Below, one piece after another: positions 50,112 to 59,845 of a stretch of DNA of 64,000 nucleotides. The notes beneath the pieces are model-generated. The model saw nothing but the letters and a program-made list of their open reading frames with translations. It made no database searches and was not told the origin of the DNA. The position numbers and the translations under genes were made by a program. The DNA is from an uncultured Chloroflexia bacterium (GTDB lineage Bacteria > Chloroflexota > Limnocylindria > Limnocylindrales > CSP1-4): contig CAVVYR010000029.1 in the NCBI GenBank assembly GCA_963752475.1, forward strand, positions 1 to 64,000. The letters run 5' to 3'. The number at the start of each line of letters is the position of its first letter. Within the stretch, counting starts at the first letter, position 1.

Positions 50112-50250
50112 GGCACGGGCTGCGGGCCCAGGAGGCGGGGACGACCGTGGTGCGGCTCGCCGACGGTGGTGCATCACGGGGGGTCGTGCCCGGTCGACCG
50201 GTCAGGGGTCGCACTCGGTCGACCGAGGAGCGGCCTGCCCGAGGTGCCGC

Positions 50251-50433
50251 TGTGGACAGATGTCGTCGGAGTCGACCGTAGTCACCCTCGTAGCCACCGA
50301 TCCGGGGTCCGCGGGACGACCGGCTACCAGCCCTGAGCGTGGCAGGGCATAACCGACGCCGGATGCGAGTGGCGCGGAGGCGCGAGCTGGTCGTGGCGTG
50401 CGACTACGGTCGACTCCCACGACGGTTGACCAC
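50251..50433. repeat. Inverted-repeat (REP/MITE-like) element, copy 1
   Basis: TGTGGACAGATGTCGTCGGAGTCGACCGTAGTC ... GACTACGGTCGACTC; related to 61302-61485. Confidence 0.65.
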
Positions 50434-50650
50434 CGGAACCGGCCCGATGGGCCGATAGCGTCGATGGGGGCGACGACCGGCCACGAGCGGCTGCTAGCGT
50501 CGACGGTTGACCACCGGAACCGGCCCGATGGGCCGATAGCGTCGATGGGGGCGACGACCGGCCGGATGGGCCGCTGGCGTCGACGGGGGCGACGACCGGC
50601 CACGAGCGGCTGCTGGCGTCGATGGGGACGACGGGGGCGACGACCGGCTA
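50420..50650 (+). repeat. Irregular tandem repeat
   Basis: About 63-bp exact duplication (50420 and 50501) and four copies of GGGGGCGACGACCGGC. Confidence 0.75.
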
Positions 50651-50745
50651 CGATCCAGCCGGCCCCCCGGGCGCCGAGAGAAGCGACGCTAGGCGGCCGA
50701 ATGCCCCGATGCGGACGAGGTCCCGGGGCAGTCCGGCCGTTGAGC

Positions 50746-51963
50746 CTACGGCAGGGCCGCGATGGCCTCCTCGACCTTCTCGCGCTCACCGAGCGGGTCG
50801 CTGATGACCCAGATCGTGTCGGCGCTACCGAAGATGTACTGGAGGTTGTCACCATAGTCGAGCGTGGTGACCGTCTTGCCCGCGATCTCCTCCTCACCGA
50901 ACTCGACACCGGTGAGAGCTGCGGCCACCGGATCGACGTCCTGGAGCGCATCCTCCGTCTCGGTGTCCTCGCTGATCTCGGGTGGTCGGATGAGGAAGAT
51001 GTCCTCGAGCAGCCGCTGGGTCAGTTCCTCGCCACCCTCGGGCAGGCGATAGCCCTCGATCTGGACGCCGTCGGCGGTTGCCTCGAGACCCCACCAGGTG
51101 ATGACGCCCAGCATCTCGGAGGGCGCGATGCCCGCATCGAGGTAGAGGTCCAGGAGCCAGTCCTCGATACCGTCGCCCAGGCGCTCGCCAAGGGTCGGCA
51201 GGAACAGCGGCTCGGTGGATTCGTACAGGCCGATACGACGCTGGCCGGCCAGCGAGAGCGGGACATCGGTGAAGAGCGTGTCAGCGGAGGACTCGCCTAC
51301 GGGGGCGGCGTCCGGCAACTGGTCAAGCGCGTCCCACACGTATTCGTTGCCACCCTGGATGAACCAGGCTGTGTCGTCGTTGAGGTAGATCGTACGGGGA
51401 TAGACGCCGGGCATCGCCGAGTCGGTCACACGGAGCGTCCACTTGGTGCTCAGGGGGCGCATGATCAGGCCTGGTTCGATGACGTCGCCGACGAACACGT
51501 CGACCGCGCCTTCGACCCACTCGCGGGCATCGGTCCCCGCGATGCGCAGGGCCAGCACGACGCCAGGCTCGCCGGGGATCTCCTCACCGGTGAGCTCGTC
51601 GAATGACACCTGCTCGTACATGGCGGTCTTGACGCTGACATCCTCGATGGCTGCGCCGGCCGCGTCCACCAGACCCTGCACGCCTTCGACGAAGGCAGGG
51701 TCGCCATCCTCGCCGGAGAACAGCTCCAGCCATTCGGCACCGCTGTAGGTCTCGGGGGACAGTAGCTGGCCGCCGAGCATGACCGGGAAGGCGACTCCTC
51801 CCTCCACAGCGGCTTCCGTGGCGGGCAGCTCCTGGTCGGCGACCGGGCTCTCCTCGGCGTCCTGGGCCATGGCCGGTAGTGGCAGGGTCAACGCGAAGGC
51901 CGCGGCCAGCGCGATGGCGAGAGGTCGGCCGCGACCGCTACGCGAGGTATTCGGGTTGCTCAA
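50746..51963 (-). CDS. Secreted acidic hypothetical protein
   Basis: RBS GGAGGA, TTG start; signal peptide AMA-QD; internal repeats ending ..ALDQLP and ..AIAALP. Confidence 0.7.
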   Translation of the reverse strand: MSNPNTSRSGRGRPLAIALAAAFALTLPLPAMAQDAEESPVADQELPATEAAVEGGVAFPVMLGGQLLSPETYSGAEWLELFSGEDGDPAFVEGVQGLVDAAGAAIEDVSVKTAMYEQVSFDELTGEEIPGEPGVVLALRIAGTDAREWVEGAVDVFVGDVIEPGLIMRPLSTKWTLRVTDSAMPGVYPRTIYLNDDTAWFIQGGNEYVWDALDQLPDAAPVGESSADTLFTDVPLSLAGQRRIGLYESTEPLFLPTLGERLGDGIEDWLLDLYLDAGIAPSEMLGVITWWGLEATADGVQIEGYRLPEGGEELTQRLLEDIFLIRPPEISEDTETEDALQDVDPVAAALTGVEFGEEEIAGKTVTTLDYGDNLQYIFGSADTIWVISDPLGEREKVEEAIAALP

Positions 51964-52078
51964 GTATTCCTCCTCAGGGCTGCCGGTCCAGACACGGCTG
52001 ACCGGCGGGCGATGGAGCCAATGTACTCCCGCACGCACGAATCAGGGCGCAGGCGATGCCGGGCTGATGTAGGGCGCC

Positions 52079-53431
52079 CTAGGAAGTGGCCGGCGAGTTC
52101 GCGCGGTATGGCTTGGGCGCGGCCGGCAGGCCACCGCTCTCACCTTCGAGCCGAGCGAGCAGGTCCGTGGGGTCGCACTCCTCACCCTTGGGCAGATCGG
52201 GACAGAGCTCGAAGGCCTGGACCTCTTCCCAGGTCACGGTCGGGTACTTGACCGTCTTGCTGGGCTTGGGCGTCGGCGTGGGCTTGGGCTTGGGCGTGGC
52301 CTTGGCGGCATCGGCGGCGCGATCCTTGGCGTTCTGACCAGGGATGGTGGTGGTCTTGTCGACGTTCACCACGCCCGTCGGCAGGTACGTCGTCGGGTCG
52401 ACGTCCTTGCCGTTCCTGAGCAGCTCGAAGTGCAGGTGCGAACCAGTGGACTTGCCCGTGCTGCCCATCTTGCCGATGACCTGGCCGGTGTGCACGAGGT
52501 CGCCCGCGCGCACATGGTTCGTGGGTAGGAGATGGCCGTAGATGGAGGTGAAGCCGTCCGGATGGGCGACGTGGACCACGTAGGCGCGACCTTCCCTGTC
52601 CCACGGATTCCAGCCGCTATAGGCGACCACGCCGACAGCCAGCGACCGGACTGGCGTGCCGCTGGGGCCAGCCACGTCGATGCCGTCATGGAAGTGTTTG
52701 CAGCTGCCCCGCCGGGCGTTGAAGACGACGCCAGTGCAGCCGTAGACCTGGGTGATGCGTCCGGTCGTGGGCCAGGAGAAGGCCCCCGACTGCGCATTCA
52801 ATTCGACGGCGGCCTGCTGCTCGGCCTTGATCTTGGCGATCTCGGTCATCTGTTTGATGAGGCCGCCCAGCACGGCCGCCGAGCTGTTCCGGCGGGCCAG
52901 CACCGATCGACGCTGAGCATCGATCCGGTTCACCGCGGCCTTTCTGGCGTTGATCGTCTTCTGATGGTTGCGGATCCTCGCGTTGACGCTCTTGACCCGC
53001 GCCTCTGCGGTTCGGATCTCCTGCCGGATCGTACGCAGCCGTTCGCGGTAGATGTCCGGCGCGGGCGCCAGCTCGGGGCGACCGTATTGACCTTCGACGC
53101 GTGCATAGCGCGCTCTGCGTTCCGCGAGCACGGCCTTGGCGGAACGCAGGTCCTTGTTGATGCCGGCCACGCCCTTCTTGGCCTTCTGATAGGCATTGCC
53201 AGCGGCGACACGCTGGGACTTCAGCCGCTCCACCTGCGAGTCGAGAGCACGCATCGAGCGCTGGGCGCTGGCCTGGGCCGTGCGGATGCTGACGATCCTC
53301 GCGGTGAGGTCCTGGGCCATGACCGGCTGGGCCGCCACGACGATGGAGCTGGCGGCGAGCACGAACGCACAGAAGAGCGCGACCAGTCGTACCGAGACCG
53401 TGGACCACGTGGCGCTACCGGCCAAGGGCAC
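52079..53431 (-). CDS. M23 family metallopeptidase with coiled coil (EnvC/CwlO-like architecture)
   Basis: HDGID, YGHL and MGSTGKSTGSHLHFE; N-terminal signal and coiled coil. Confidence 0.88.
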   Translation of the reverse strand: MPLAGSATWSTVSVRLVALFCAFVLAASSIVVAAQPVMAQDLTARIVSIRTAQASAQRSMRALDSQVERLKSQRVAAGNAYQKAKKGVAGINKDLRSAKAVLAERRARYARVEGQYGRPELAPAPDIYRERLRTIRQEIRTAEARVKSVNARIRNHQKTINARKAAVNRIDAQRRSVLARRNSSAAVLGGLIKQMTEIAKIKAEQQAAVELNAQSGAFSWPTTGRITQVYGCTGVVFNARRGSCKHFHDGIDVAGPSGTPVRSLAVGVVAYSGWNPWDREGRAYVVHVAHPDGFTSIYGHLLPTNHVRAGDLVHTGQVIGKMGSTGKSTGSHLHFELLRNGKDVDPTTYLPTGVVNVDKTTTIPGQNAKDRAADAAKATPKPKPTPTPKPSKTVKYPTVTWEEVQAFELCPDLPKGEECDPTDLLARLEGESGGLPAAPKPYRANSPATS

Positions 53432-53591
53432 TGCTCTCCGCTCCTTCTCTAACCTGGGACGGCCATGGCCGTGGGTGGTCGGCAGGCATGCGGACCCGTC
53501 CCGTGGAGCCCGAATCGTAGCGGGCCGCTGTGGAACGTGCGGACTAGCCATTGGTCCGCTGCCATCGGTACGCATGGGCTACGCAGTACTG

Positions 53592-53903
53592 CTAAGTCAG
53601 AGCCTCAAGCAACCATACGCTGAGCATGCCCGCCAGCAGGGTCCAGCCGAACGATCTGGTGCGCCAAGCCACCACCGCCGCGATGGCTCCCGCGACGTAC
53701 CAGGTGCCGAATGGTCGGAAGTCGCCGGCGTCGAGGAAGAGCGTCTGGGCGACCAGGCCGGCCAGCACCGCCGGTGCCACGAGGCCGAGCGCCTGCTCCA
53801 CGCGCGGCGGGATGGTCACGTCGGCGAGGAGCGTGATCATCGAGGCGCGCATGGCCAGCGTGCCCACGGCCACGGCCGCGACGATGAAGAGGTCAGTCGT
53901 CAT
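53592..53903 (-). CDS. AzlD domain branched-chain amino acid exporter small subunit
   Basis: GT.AMR, APAVLAGLV; downstream of AzlC. Confidence 0.8.
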   Translation of the reverse strand: MTTDLFIVAAVAVGTLAMRASMITLLADVTIPPRVEQALGLVAPAVLAGLVAQTLFLDAGDFRPFGTWYVAGAIAAVVAWRTRSFGWTLLAGMLSVWLLEALT

Positions 53904-54642
53904 CACGGACCTCCGATCCCTCGTCAGGGACGACCACCACGGGCTCGGCCTCGCCACGCAGCTTGGCCAACATGCCGAAGGCGATGCCGGTGCCCGCACC
54001 GATGAGCAGGCCCGTGTTCATGGGCGCGTCCTTGGCGATGAGCGTGACCGAGAACGCGATGGCGGCCGCGATGAGCGCCGCGCGGTCGCGGATCGAAGGC
54101 ACGGCCAGCGCGATGAACATCAGGGGCGCGGCGAAGCCGACCTGCAGTTCGGGCGGGATGGTGGCACCGATGACCACACCGATGGTGGTGCCGATCCACC
54201 ACGAACCCGCGAAGCTGAGCCCGGCGCCGACGTAGTACGCGAAGCGCTTCCTCGGCTCCCGCTCGCCCTGGTCGTAGAGCAGGGAGGTGACCGTGGCCTG
54301 GTCGGTCATGAAGTGGGAAAGGGGGACGCGCCAACGCCGCGGGAACTGCGAGAAAGCGGGTGCGAGCGCACCCGAATACATCATGAAGCGAGCGTTGATG
54401 ACCAACGCCGTACCGATGACGATGAACCACGGCGCGCCCTGATCGATGAGATCGCTGATCGCGAGCTGGGAGGCACCGGCGAGCACGAGGAACGAGGCCA
54501 GCCAGCCGACGAGGTCGTTCATCGACGACTCGACCACGGTCACGCCGTAGGCCAGGCCGAAGGGGAAGGCCCCGATCGACAGCGGCAGGATCGCCCTGGC
54601 ACCGGCACGCATCGAGACGAAGCCGAACCAGTCGCGACTCAC
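53893..54642 (-). CDS. AzlC family permease
   Basis: PFGLAYG, AGASQL, INARFMMYS and TDQ. Confidence 0.88.
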   Translation of the reverse strand: MSRDWFGFVSMRAGARAILPLSIGAFPFGLAYGVTVVESSMNDLVGWLASFLVLAGASQLAISDLIDQGAPWFIVIGTALVINARFMMYSGALAPAFSQFPRRWRVPLSHFMTDQATVTSLLYDQGEREPRKRFAYYVGAGLSFAGSWWIGTTIGVVIGATIPPELQVGFAAPLMFIALAVPSIRDRAALIAAAIAFSVTLIAKDAPMNTGLLIGAGTGIAFGMLAKLRGEAEPVVVVPDEGSEVRDDD

Positions 54643-55649
54643 GGCACGTTCCGATACATGACGTAGTGCGGGACGGTGCTGCCATCAGGCAGCCGGAAGC
54701 CGTCGGGCACGGTGCCCACGATGCGGAAGCCGAGGGAGCGCCAGAGGTGGATGGCATTGGCGTTGGTGCTGACGACGGTGTTGAACTGCATCGCGCCATA
54801 GCCCAGATCAGCGGCCAGCTCCAGCGAGGCCTCGCCCATCTGCCGGCCGAGGCCGATGCCACGGACATCCGCACGCACCGCGTACGAGGCGTTGGCCACG
54901 TGGGCGCCTGGACCGGGGTTGTTGGGCCGGATGACGAACAGGCCCACGACCGCACCGTCGAGCTCGGCCACGAAGCCATGGCCTCGCTTCGGCGGGCACC
55001 AGTAGGCCCACAGCTCCTCGTCGCTGATGTCTGGCTCGTAGGCGTAGGTGTCGGCCGTGCGCACCAGCTCGTGGGCGATATGCAGGACTGACTCGCGGTC
55101 ACCCGCGACGGTCGGGCGGATGGTCACGGGTCTTGGCTCATGGACGCGGCGGGCACTCCCCTCCTCTCGCGCCAGGCGCCGCAGCACACGAGCGTCGAGC
55201 TCCTCCTCGTCGAAGAGCCGCTCGATCGAGGCCAGACACGAGAGTGCATCCCCACCGGCGGTCTGTTCGATGACGTCCTCGAGCTCGGCGCCGATGACAC
55301 GCCACAGGCGCTTGAACTCCGGCATCCGCTGGCGGCCCTCCTCGCTCAGGGAGAGCACCCGGCGCCGGCCGTCGGCCGGGTCCGGCGCGGCCGAGACGAG
55401 GCCCTTCGACTCCATCCGTCGCGCCATCTCGATGATCGCGGGGTGGCTGACGCGCAGGGCGATCGCGGCCTCCGTCACCGCCACCTGGCCATGGCGGTCG
55501 AGGTACGACAGCAATGCGTGCCAGTTCGGCTCGAGCGGCAGGTCGAGCGTCTCGTAGAGGCGGCGGCCGGCGTCCCCGATACGGTCGGCAAGGCGGCGCG
55601 TACGGAAAGTGAAGCCGAGGGTGCCGAGGCTGGCCAGATGGTCCGTCAT
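54639..55649 (-). CDS. Bifunctional MarR-type HTH / GNAT acetyltransferase
   Basis: VSHPAI, DPADGRRRVLSL; HVANASY, RGIGLGR, MQFNTVVSTN and LGFRIVG. Confidence 0.88.
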   Translation of the reverse strand: MTDHLASLGTLGFTFRTRRLADRIGDAGRRLYETLDLPLEPNWHALLSYLDRHGQVAVTEAAIALRVSHPAIIEMARRMESKGLVSAAPDPADGRRRVLSLSEEGRQRMPEFKRLWRVIGAELEDVIEQTAGGDALSCLASIERLFDEEELDARVLRRLAREEGSARRVHEPRPVTIRPTVAGDRESVLHIAHELVRTADTYAYEPDISDEELWAYWCPPKRGHGFVAELDGAVVGLFVIRPNNPGPGAHVANASYAVRADVRGIGLGRQMGEASLELAADLGYGAMQFNTVVSTNANAIHLWRSLGFRIVGTVPDGFRLPDGSTVPHYVMYRNVP

Positions 55650-55728
55650 TCGGGAGTCGGATCGAATCCAAGCAAATGATTACGTAAGTTGTTACACGAT
55701 AGGGGCGTCGTCAAGCCCGAGCGTTGGC

Positions 55729-55792
55729 TGTAAAACATGTTTGACACAATGTACGTGATGCTTTACCTTGCTGATGTAAGACAACTTTGACA
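55729..55792 (+). promoter_or_regulatory. Three 18-bp imperfect palindromic operators
   Basis: TGTAAAACATGTTTGACA, TGTACGTGATGCTTTACC and TGTAAGACAACTTTGACA upstream of a membrane protein + XRE operon. Confidence 0.65.
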
Positions 55793-55807
55793 TCAGGAGC
55801 CCCGATC

Positions 55808-56227
55808 ATGTCCTTCAAAGCCTCCGTCACGGCCGTCATGCTCGTCGTCCTCGGTATCGTCTACGGCTGGTACTTCGCTCAGGTCCTCATCGAGGCCGGC
55901 TCGACCCCGGTCGCGGACATCGCCTACCAGGGCCTGTTGCTGGTGATGGTCGCCATCCTCGTGGTGCTCTCGATCATCGGGGTGGCGATCGTGGCCGTGC
56001 TGCGCCGTCGAGAGTCGGACCAGGAGGATGAGCGCGACAAGCTCATCGAGATGCGCGGCGACCAGGTCGGCAGCTACGTGCTCGCGGTGGCCGCGCTCGC
56101 AGCCATGGGCCTGGCCATGCTCGAGGGCGAGTACTTCTGGATCGCCCACGCCCTGCTGGCCGGCCTCGTCCTGAGCGAGATGGCCAAGGCCGTGGTCATG
56201 CTCCTCGCCTACCGCCGAGGCTTCTGA
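55808..56227 (+). CDS. Membrane protein (DUF2178-like)
   Basis: Four TM segments with DERD..I motif; RBS AGGAG. Confidence 0.7.
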   Translation: MSFKASVTAVMLVVLGIVYGWYFAQVLIEAGSTPVADIAYQGLLLVMVAILVVLSIIGVAIVAVLRRRESDQEDERDKLIEMRGDQVGSYVLAVAALAAMGLAMLEGEYFWIAHALLAGLVLSEMAKAVVMLLAYRRGF

Positions 56228-56229
56228 CG

Positions 56230-56451
56230 ATGGGAAAGCCCACGCGGGTGACCAACGACATCCGCCGCCTCCGCTTCGAGCGCGGGGAGATGACCCAGGC
56301 CGACCTGGCCGACAAGGTCGGGCTCACGCGTCAGACCATCATCGCCATCGAGCAGGGCAAGTACTCGCCCTCGCTGGAGGTGGCGTTCAAGATCGCGCGG
56401 GCCCTCGGCGTGCGCCTCGAGGAGGCCTTCGGCTACCCGGCGGAGGACTGA
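56230..56451 (+). CDS. XRE-family HTH regulator
   Basis: MTQADLADKVGLTRQTIIAIEQGKYSPSLEVAFKIA. Confidence 0.92.
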   Translation: MGKPTRVTNDIRRLRFERGEMTQADLADKVGLTRQTIIAIEQGKYSPSLEVAFKIARALGVRLEEAFGYPAED

Positions 56452-56452
56452 G

Positions 56453-56779
56453 CTAGTGGACGAGGCGAGGACCGGAGTCGGTCGGATGGTCGGGCATGTC
56501 CTGCTCGAAGTCGTGGCCGATGCGCTCGGCCGTGCGATGGATGGCTTCGTCGATCTCCAGGAACTCGGCCAGACCGCCGAAGTTGGCGTGCCAGTCGAGT
56601 AGCTCATGGAAGGCCTCATGGATGACGGCGTCGCGCAGGCCCGCGACCTGTAGCTCGACGAGCACCTGGTCGTCCACACCCTCACCGGTCAGGACCATGC
56701 CGATGGCCGATTCGAGCGGCTCACCCTGGTCGAGGCGGCCGATGATCTCGCGGGCCAGCTCGCTCACCGTCTTGGCCAT
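56453..56779 (-). CDS. Hypothetical protein
   Basis: RBS GGAGGT; coding-like composition. Confidence 0.6.
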   Translation of the reverse strand: MAKTVSELAREIIGRLDQGEPLESAIGMVLTGEGVDDQVLVELQVAGLRDAVIHEAFHELLDWHANFGGLAEFLEIDEAIHRTAERIGHDFEQDMPDHPTDSGPRLVH

Positions 56780-56858
56780 GCGCCACCTCCTCTTTCGTCG
56801 TCGCGGGGCACGCCCTTCGCGCCCATCCCGAGGGCTAGCGTAGACGGTCTCGAGCCCA

Positions 56859-57746
56859 TCAGTCGCTCGGCGCGTCGTCCTCGCAGTCGTCCTCCTGGCA
56901 GCGCGTCTCGATCGTCTGCGGGCTGCCGTGGGCGACTTCGGCGATGGTGAAGCGACCGGCGTGCTCCTTGTGCGGGTCCTGGATGACGATGCCGAAGGTC
57001 TCCATCAGCCGATCGGGCGTAAGCACCTCACGCCCCGCGCCCAGGGCGACGACTCGTCGCGCCAGCAGTAGCACCTGGTCGTACTCCACGGCCTCGGCGA
57101 TGTCGTGCGTGGCGGTGACGATGGCGGCACCCCGGCGCAGCTCCTCGGCGAAGGCCTTGAGGTAGAGCTCACGGCCGCCCGCGTCGATACCGGCGGTCGG
57201 CTCGTCGAGCACGATGAGATCCGCACGCCGGGCCAGGACCTGGGCCAGATACACCCGCTGCAGCTGCCCGCCTGAGAGGCTGCGCATCGGCTCCCTGGTC
57301 AGGTGGCTGACACCCATGCGCTCCATGCTCTCAGCCACCAACCGATGGTCCTCCTCATCCATGTGGCCGGTGAGCCCCAGCGCCGGATAACGAGCCATGC
57401 GCACGACGTCGATGACGCGGATGGGCAGGATGTAGCCCGAGGAGTGGAACTGGGAGTGGTAGGCGATCCGCTTGGGCGACGCGCCCGGTGGCCGGCCCAG
57501 GACCTCGAGCGAGCCTCCCGCCACCGACAGCAGACCCACGAGGGTCCTGATCAGGGTCGACTTGCCCGAGCCGTTGGTCCCCACCAGCGCCACCGAGCCG
57601 CCCGGGCGGACCTGAAGATCGATGGATTCGACCACCAGGTCCCGGCCGTATCCCACGGACAGGTTCTGTGCGGAGATGCTCATGGCCGCTGACTCGCGTG
57701 TCTCCACCGACTCGCCTGCGGAGACCGCCGCTTGGACCGTGCTCAC
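56859..57746 (-). CDS. znuC: Zn/Mn ABC transporter ATP-binding protein
   Basis: GTNGSGKS, LSGGQLQRV, LDEP and THD. Confidence 0.82.
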   Translation of the reverse strand: MSTVQAAVSAGESVETRESAAMSISAQNLSVGYGRDLVVESIDLQVRPGGSVALVGTNGSGKSTLIRTLVGLLSVAGGSLEVLGRPPGASPKRIAYHSQFHSSGYILPIRVIDVVRMARYPALGLTGHMDEEDHRLVAESMERMGVSHLTREPMRSLSGGQLQRVYLAQVLARRADLIVLDEPTAGIDAGGRELYLKAFAEELRRGAAIVTATHDIAEAVEYDQVLLLARRVVALGAGREVLTPDRLMETFGIVIQDPHKEHAGRFTIAEVAHGSPQTIETRCQEDDCEDDAPSD

Positions 57747-58606
57747 GAGACGGTCTCGCCGCTGGCGTCGGTCTTGCCGATGTGGACGCCTGAGTCGCGT
57801 GCCTGCGTGAGAGCAAAGACGACGAAGAAGACGGCGACCGAGGTGAGCACGACGGTGGCGCCAGCTGCCAGATCGAACCAGTAGGAAAGCAACAGGCCGG
57901 CATAGGTGCTGGCGGCGCCGATGACGCTGGCGACGATCATCATCGTGTTGATGCGGCTGACCAGCAGGGCTGCGCTCGAGGCGGGTGCCAGCAGCATGCC
58001 GAAGACGAGCAGCGCTCCGACCGTCTGGAAGGAGATCACCACCGTCAGGGCCACGAGTAGCAGCATCAGCAGGTGATAGCGCTTCGACGAGAAGCCGGCG
58101 ACATCGGCTTGCTCTGGATCGAAGCTCAGCAACAGGAACGGGCGAGAGGCGAAGTAGGTCACGACCAACACAAGGATGGTGGCCGCCAGCATGATCACCA
58201 CCTGCCCTGAGCTTGTGCCCAGGATGTCGCCGAAGAGGATCGCGGTGACGTCACCCTGAAAGACATCGCTGGCGCTGATGATGACCACGCCAAGGGCGAG
58301 CATGGCCACGAAGAGCAGGCCGATGGCGGTATCCGAGGACAGACGCGAGCGGTGCTGCACGAGCGACACCCCGCCGATCATCACGATCGCACCAACCGCC
58401 GCCCCGATCATGCTCGGGACCCCCAAGAGGATGGCTGCGGCGATCCCCGGCAGCACGCCGTGGGCCAGCGCGTCACCGATGAAGGCGAGGCCTCGCAACA
58501 CCACGAACGTGCCGACGACGGCACAGGCGATCGACACGAGCACGCCGGCGACGAGGGCGCGCTGCATGAAGGCGTTGCTCAGGAATGGATCTAGGAGATA
58601 CTCCAA
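57743..58606 (-). CDS. znuB: Zn/Mn ABC transporter permease
   Basis: FMQRAL, GDALAHGVLPG, LFGDILG and VGALLV. Confidence 0.85.
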   Translation of the reverse strand: MEYLLDPFLSNAFMQRALVAGVLVSIACAVVGTFVVLRGLAFIGDALAHGVLPGIAAAILLGVPSMIGAAVGAIVMIGGVSLVQHRSRLSSDTAIGLLFVAMLALGVVIISASDVFQGDVTAILFGDILGTSSGQVVIMLAATILVLVVTYFASRPFLLLSFDPEQADVAGFSSKRYHLLMLLLVALTVVISFQTVGALLVFGMLLAPASSAALLVSRINTMMIVASVIGAASTYAGLLLSYWFDLAAGATVVLTSVAVFFVVFALTQARDSGVHIGKTDASGETVS

Positions 58607-58698
58607 GTCTGCTCCCGTCGGTGGCGACGGGCCGTGTCAGCACGACCCTGCCGCCACTCGAGCATATCAGCGAGACCGTGTCTCAGTAGGACCCTCGT

Positions 58699-59727
58699 TC
58701 ACTCACCGAGTGCCCCTGCGATGGTCACGGCCAGGGTTCGGACGAGGTCCTGGTAATCACCGCCTTCGGGCAGATTGGGCACGTCGATCTCGACGAGTTC
58801 GGCGCCGGTGTCGTCGGCTACGGCCTGCGCTACGGCCTGCGGCGTGCCGACCCCGGCGAATACGACCGTGACGCCGTTCTCCTCGATGTCATCGATGAGT
58901 TGGGTCAGCTCCCTCGCGGTGGGTGCACCGCTGGTCGTGAGACCGGGGATGACGGTGCCGATCAGCTCGAAGTCGTACTGGTCGGCGAAGTAGCCCATGG
59001 ACATGTGGCCGGTGACCATCTTGCGCTGATCCTCGGGCACGACCGCCAGGATCTCGGCGACCTCGCCGTCGAGCGATTCCAGCTCCGTCACGAGTGCGGC
59101 CGAGTTCTCGGTCACATCGACGCCGGCATCGGCAAGCACCGCGTCCAGGGCCTCGACGACGTCGATCATGAAGACGGGGTTCGTCCAGATGTGCGGATCG
59201 ATCGCGCCGTGGTCGTGCTCGTGCTCGTCCGCCTCCTCGGCGTCGTGGTCGTCCTCGTGGTCGGACTCGTGGTCGTCCTCGTCGTGTCCGTGGCCTTCTT
59301 CCTCAGCGTGGTCGTCGTACTCCTCGGCGTGGTCGTCGTGCTCCTCGGCTTCGGCGAGGTCGAGCACGGAGATGTGGTCGGCCGCCTGGAACCAGGTCAC
59401 GCCCTCGGCCTCGGCGGATTCGAGGATGCCCGTCAGCGCCTCTTCGAGCTCGAGCCCGTTCGAGACGAGCAAGTCGGCGTTGAGCATCCGCTCGGCGTCA
59501 CGGGCGGATGCCTCGTAGCTGTGCGGGTTCGCGCCACTGGGCATGATCACGGTGACGTCGGCCACATCGCCCACCAGCTGCTCGACGACGGAGCCCAGTA
59601 CCTCGGTCGTGACCACGACGGAGCGGGCCTCCTCCTGTGCGGCAGCCGGCATCGTGCCCACGAGTGCGAGTGAGGCGGCCACAGCCGTGGTGGTGACAAA
59701 CGTGAGGCGGGGGCGGGAGGTTCGCAT
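58699..59727 (-). CDS. znuA: Zn ABC transporter substrate-binding protein with His/acid-rich loop
   Basis: NPHSYE, NGLELE, DPHIW and VTGH; long H/D/E loop. Confidence 0.85.
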   Translation of the reverse strand: MRTSRPRLTFVTTTAVAASLALVGTMPAAAQEEARSVVVTTEVLGSVVEQLVGDVADVTVIMPSGANPHSYEASARDAERMLNADLLVSNGLELEEALTGILESAEAEGVTWFQAADHISVLDLAEAEEHDDHAEEYDDHAEEEGHGHDEDDHESDHEDDHDAEEADEHEHDHGAIDPHIWTNPVFMIDVVEALDAVLADAGVDVTENSAALVTELESLDGEVAEILAVVPEDQRKMVTGHMSMGYFADQYDFELIGTVIPGLTTSGAPTARELTQLIDDIEENGVTVVFAGVGTPQAVAQAVADDTGAELVEIDVPNLPEGGDYQDLVRTLAVTIAGALGE

Positions 59728-59760
59728 CTGGGCTCCTGATCTCCTGATGTCCGTGTCGCT

Positions 59761-59781
59761 TATTGATACCTAGTATCAATA
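59761..59781. promoter_or_regulatory. Perfect 9-3-9 inverted repeat, probable Zur/Fur-family box
   Basis: TATTGATAC-CTA-GTATCAATA between divergent znuA and SCO genes. Confidence 0.7.
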
Positions 59782-59845
59782 GTACACATGGAGCGGAGCG
59801 GCGGCAAGCCCCTCCGCGCGCCCGGTGGTACGCTCGAGCGACGTG

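Noticed and set aside
50420-50650. CRISPR array
   Set aside because: Spacers are themselves repeated and irregular in length; no cas genes or leader.
43648-53452. Long antisense or overlapping ORFs (e.g. 43648-44583, 48711-49985, 50398-51606, 52532-53452)
   Set aside because: Shadow ORFs expected in high-GC DNA opposite well-supported genes; no recognisable motifs.
53432-53591. c-di-AMP (ydaO) riboswitch upstream of the M23 peptidase
   Set aside because: Consensus elements (GCTGAATC, GGGGTGAA, CCCGTCAGCTAAC) not found by eye; an Rfam scan was not run.
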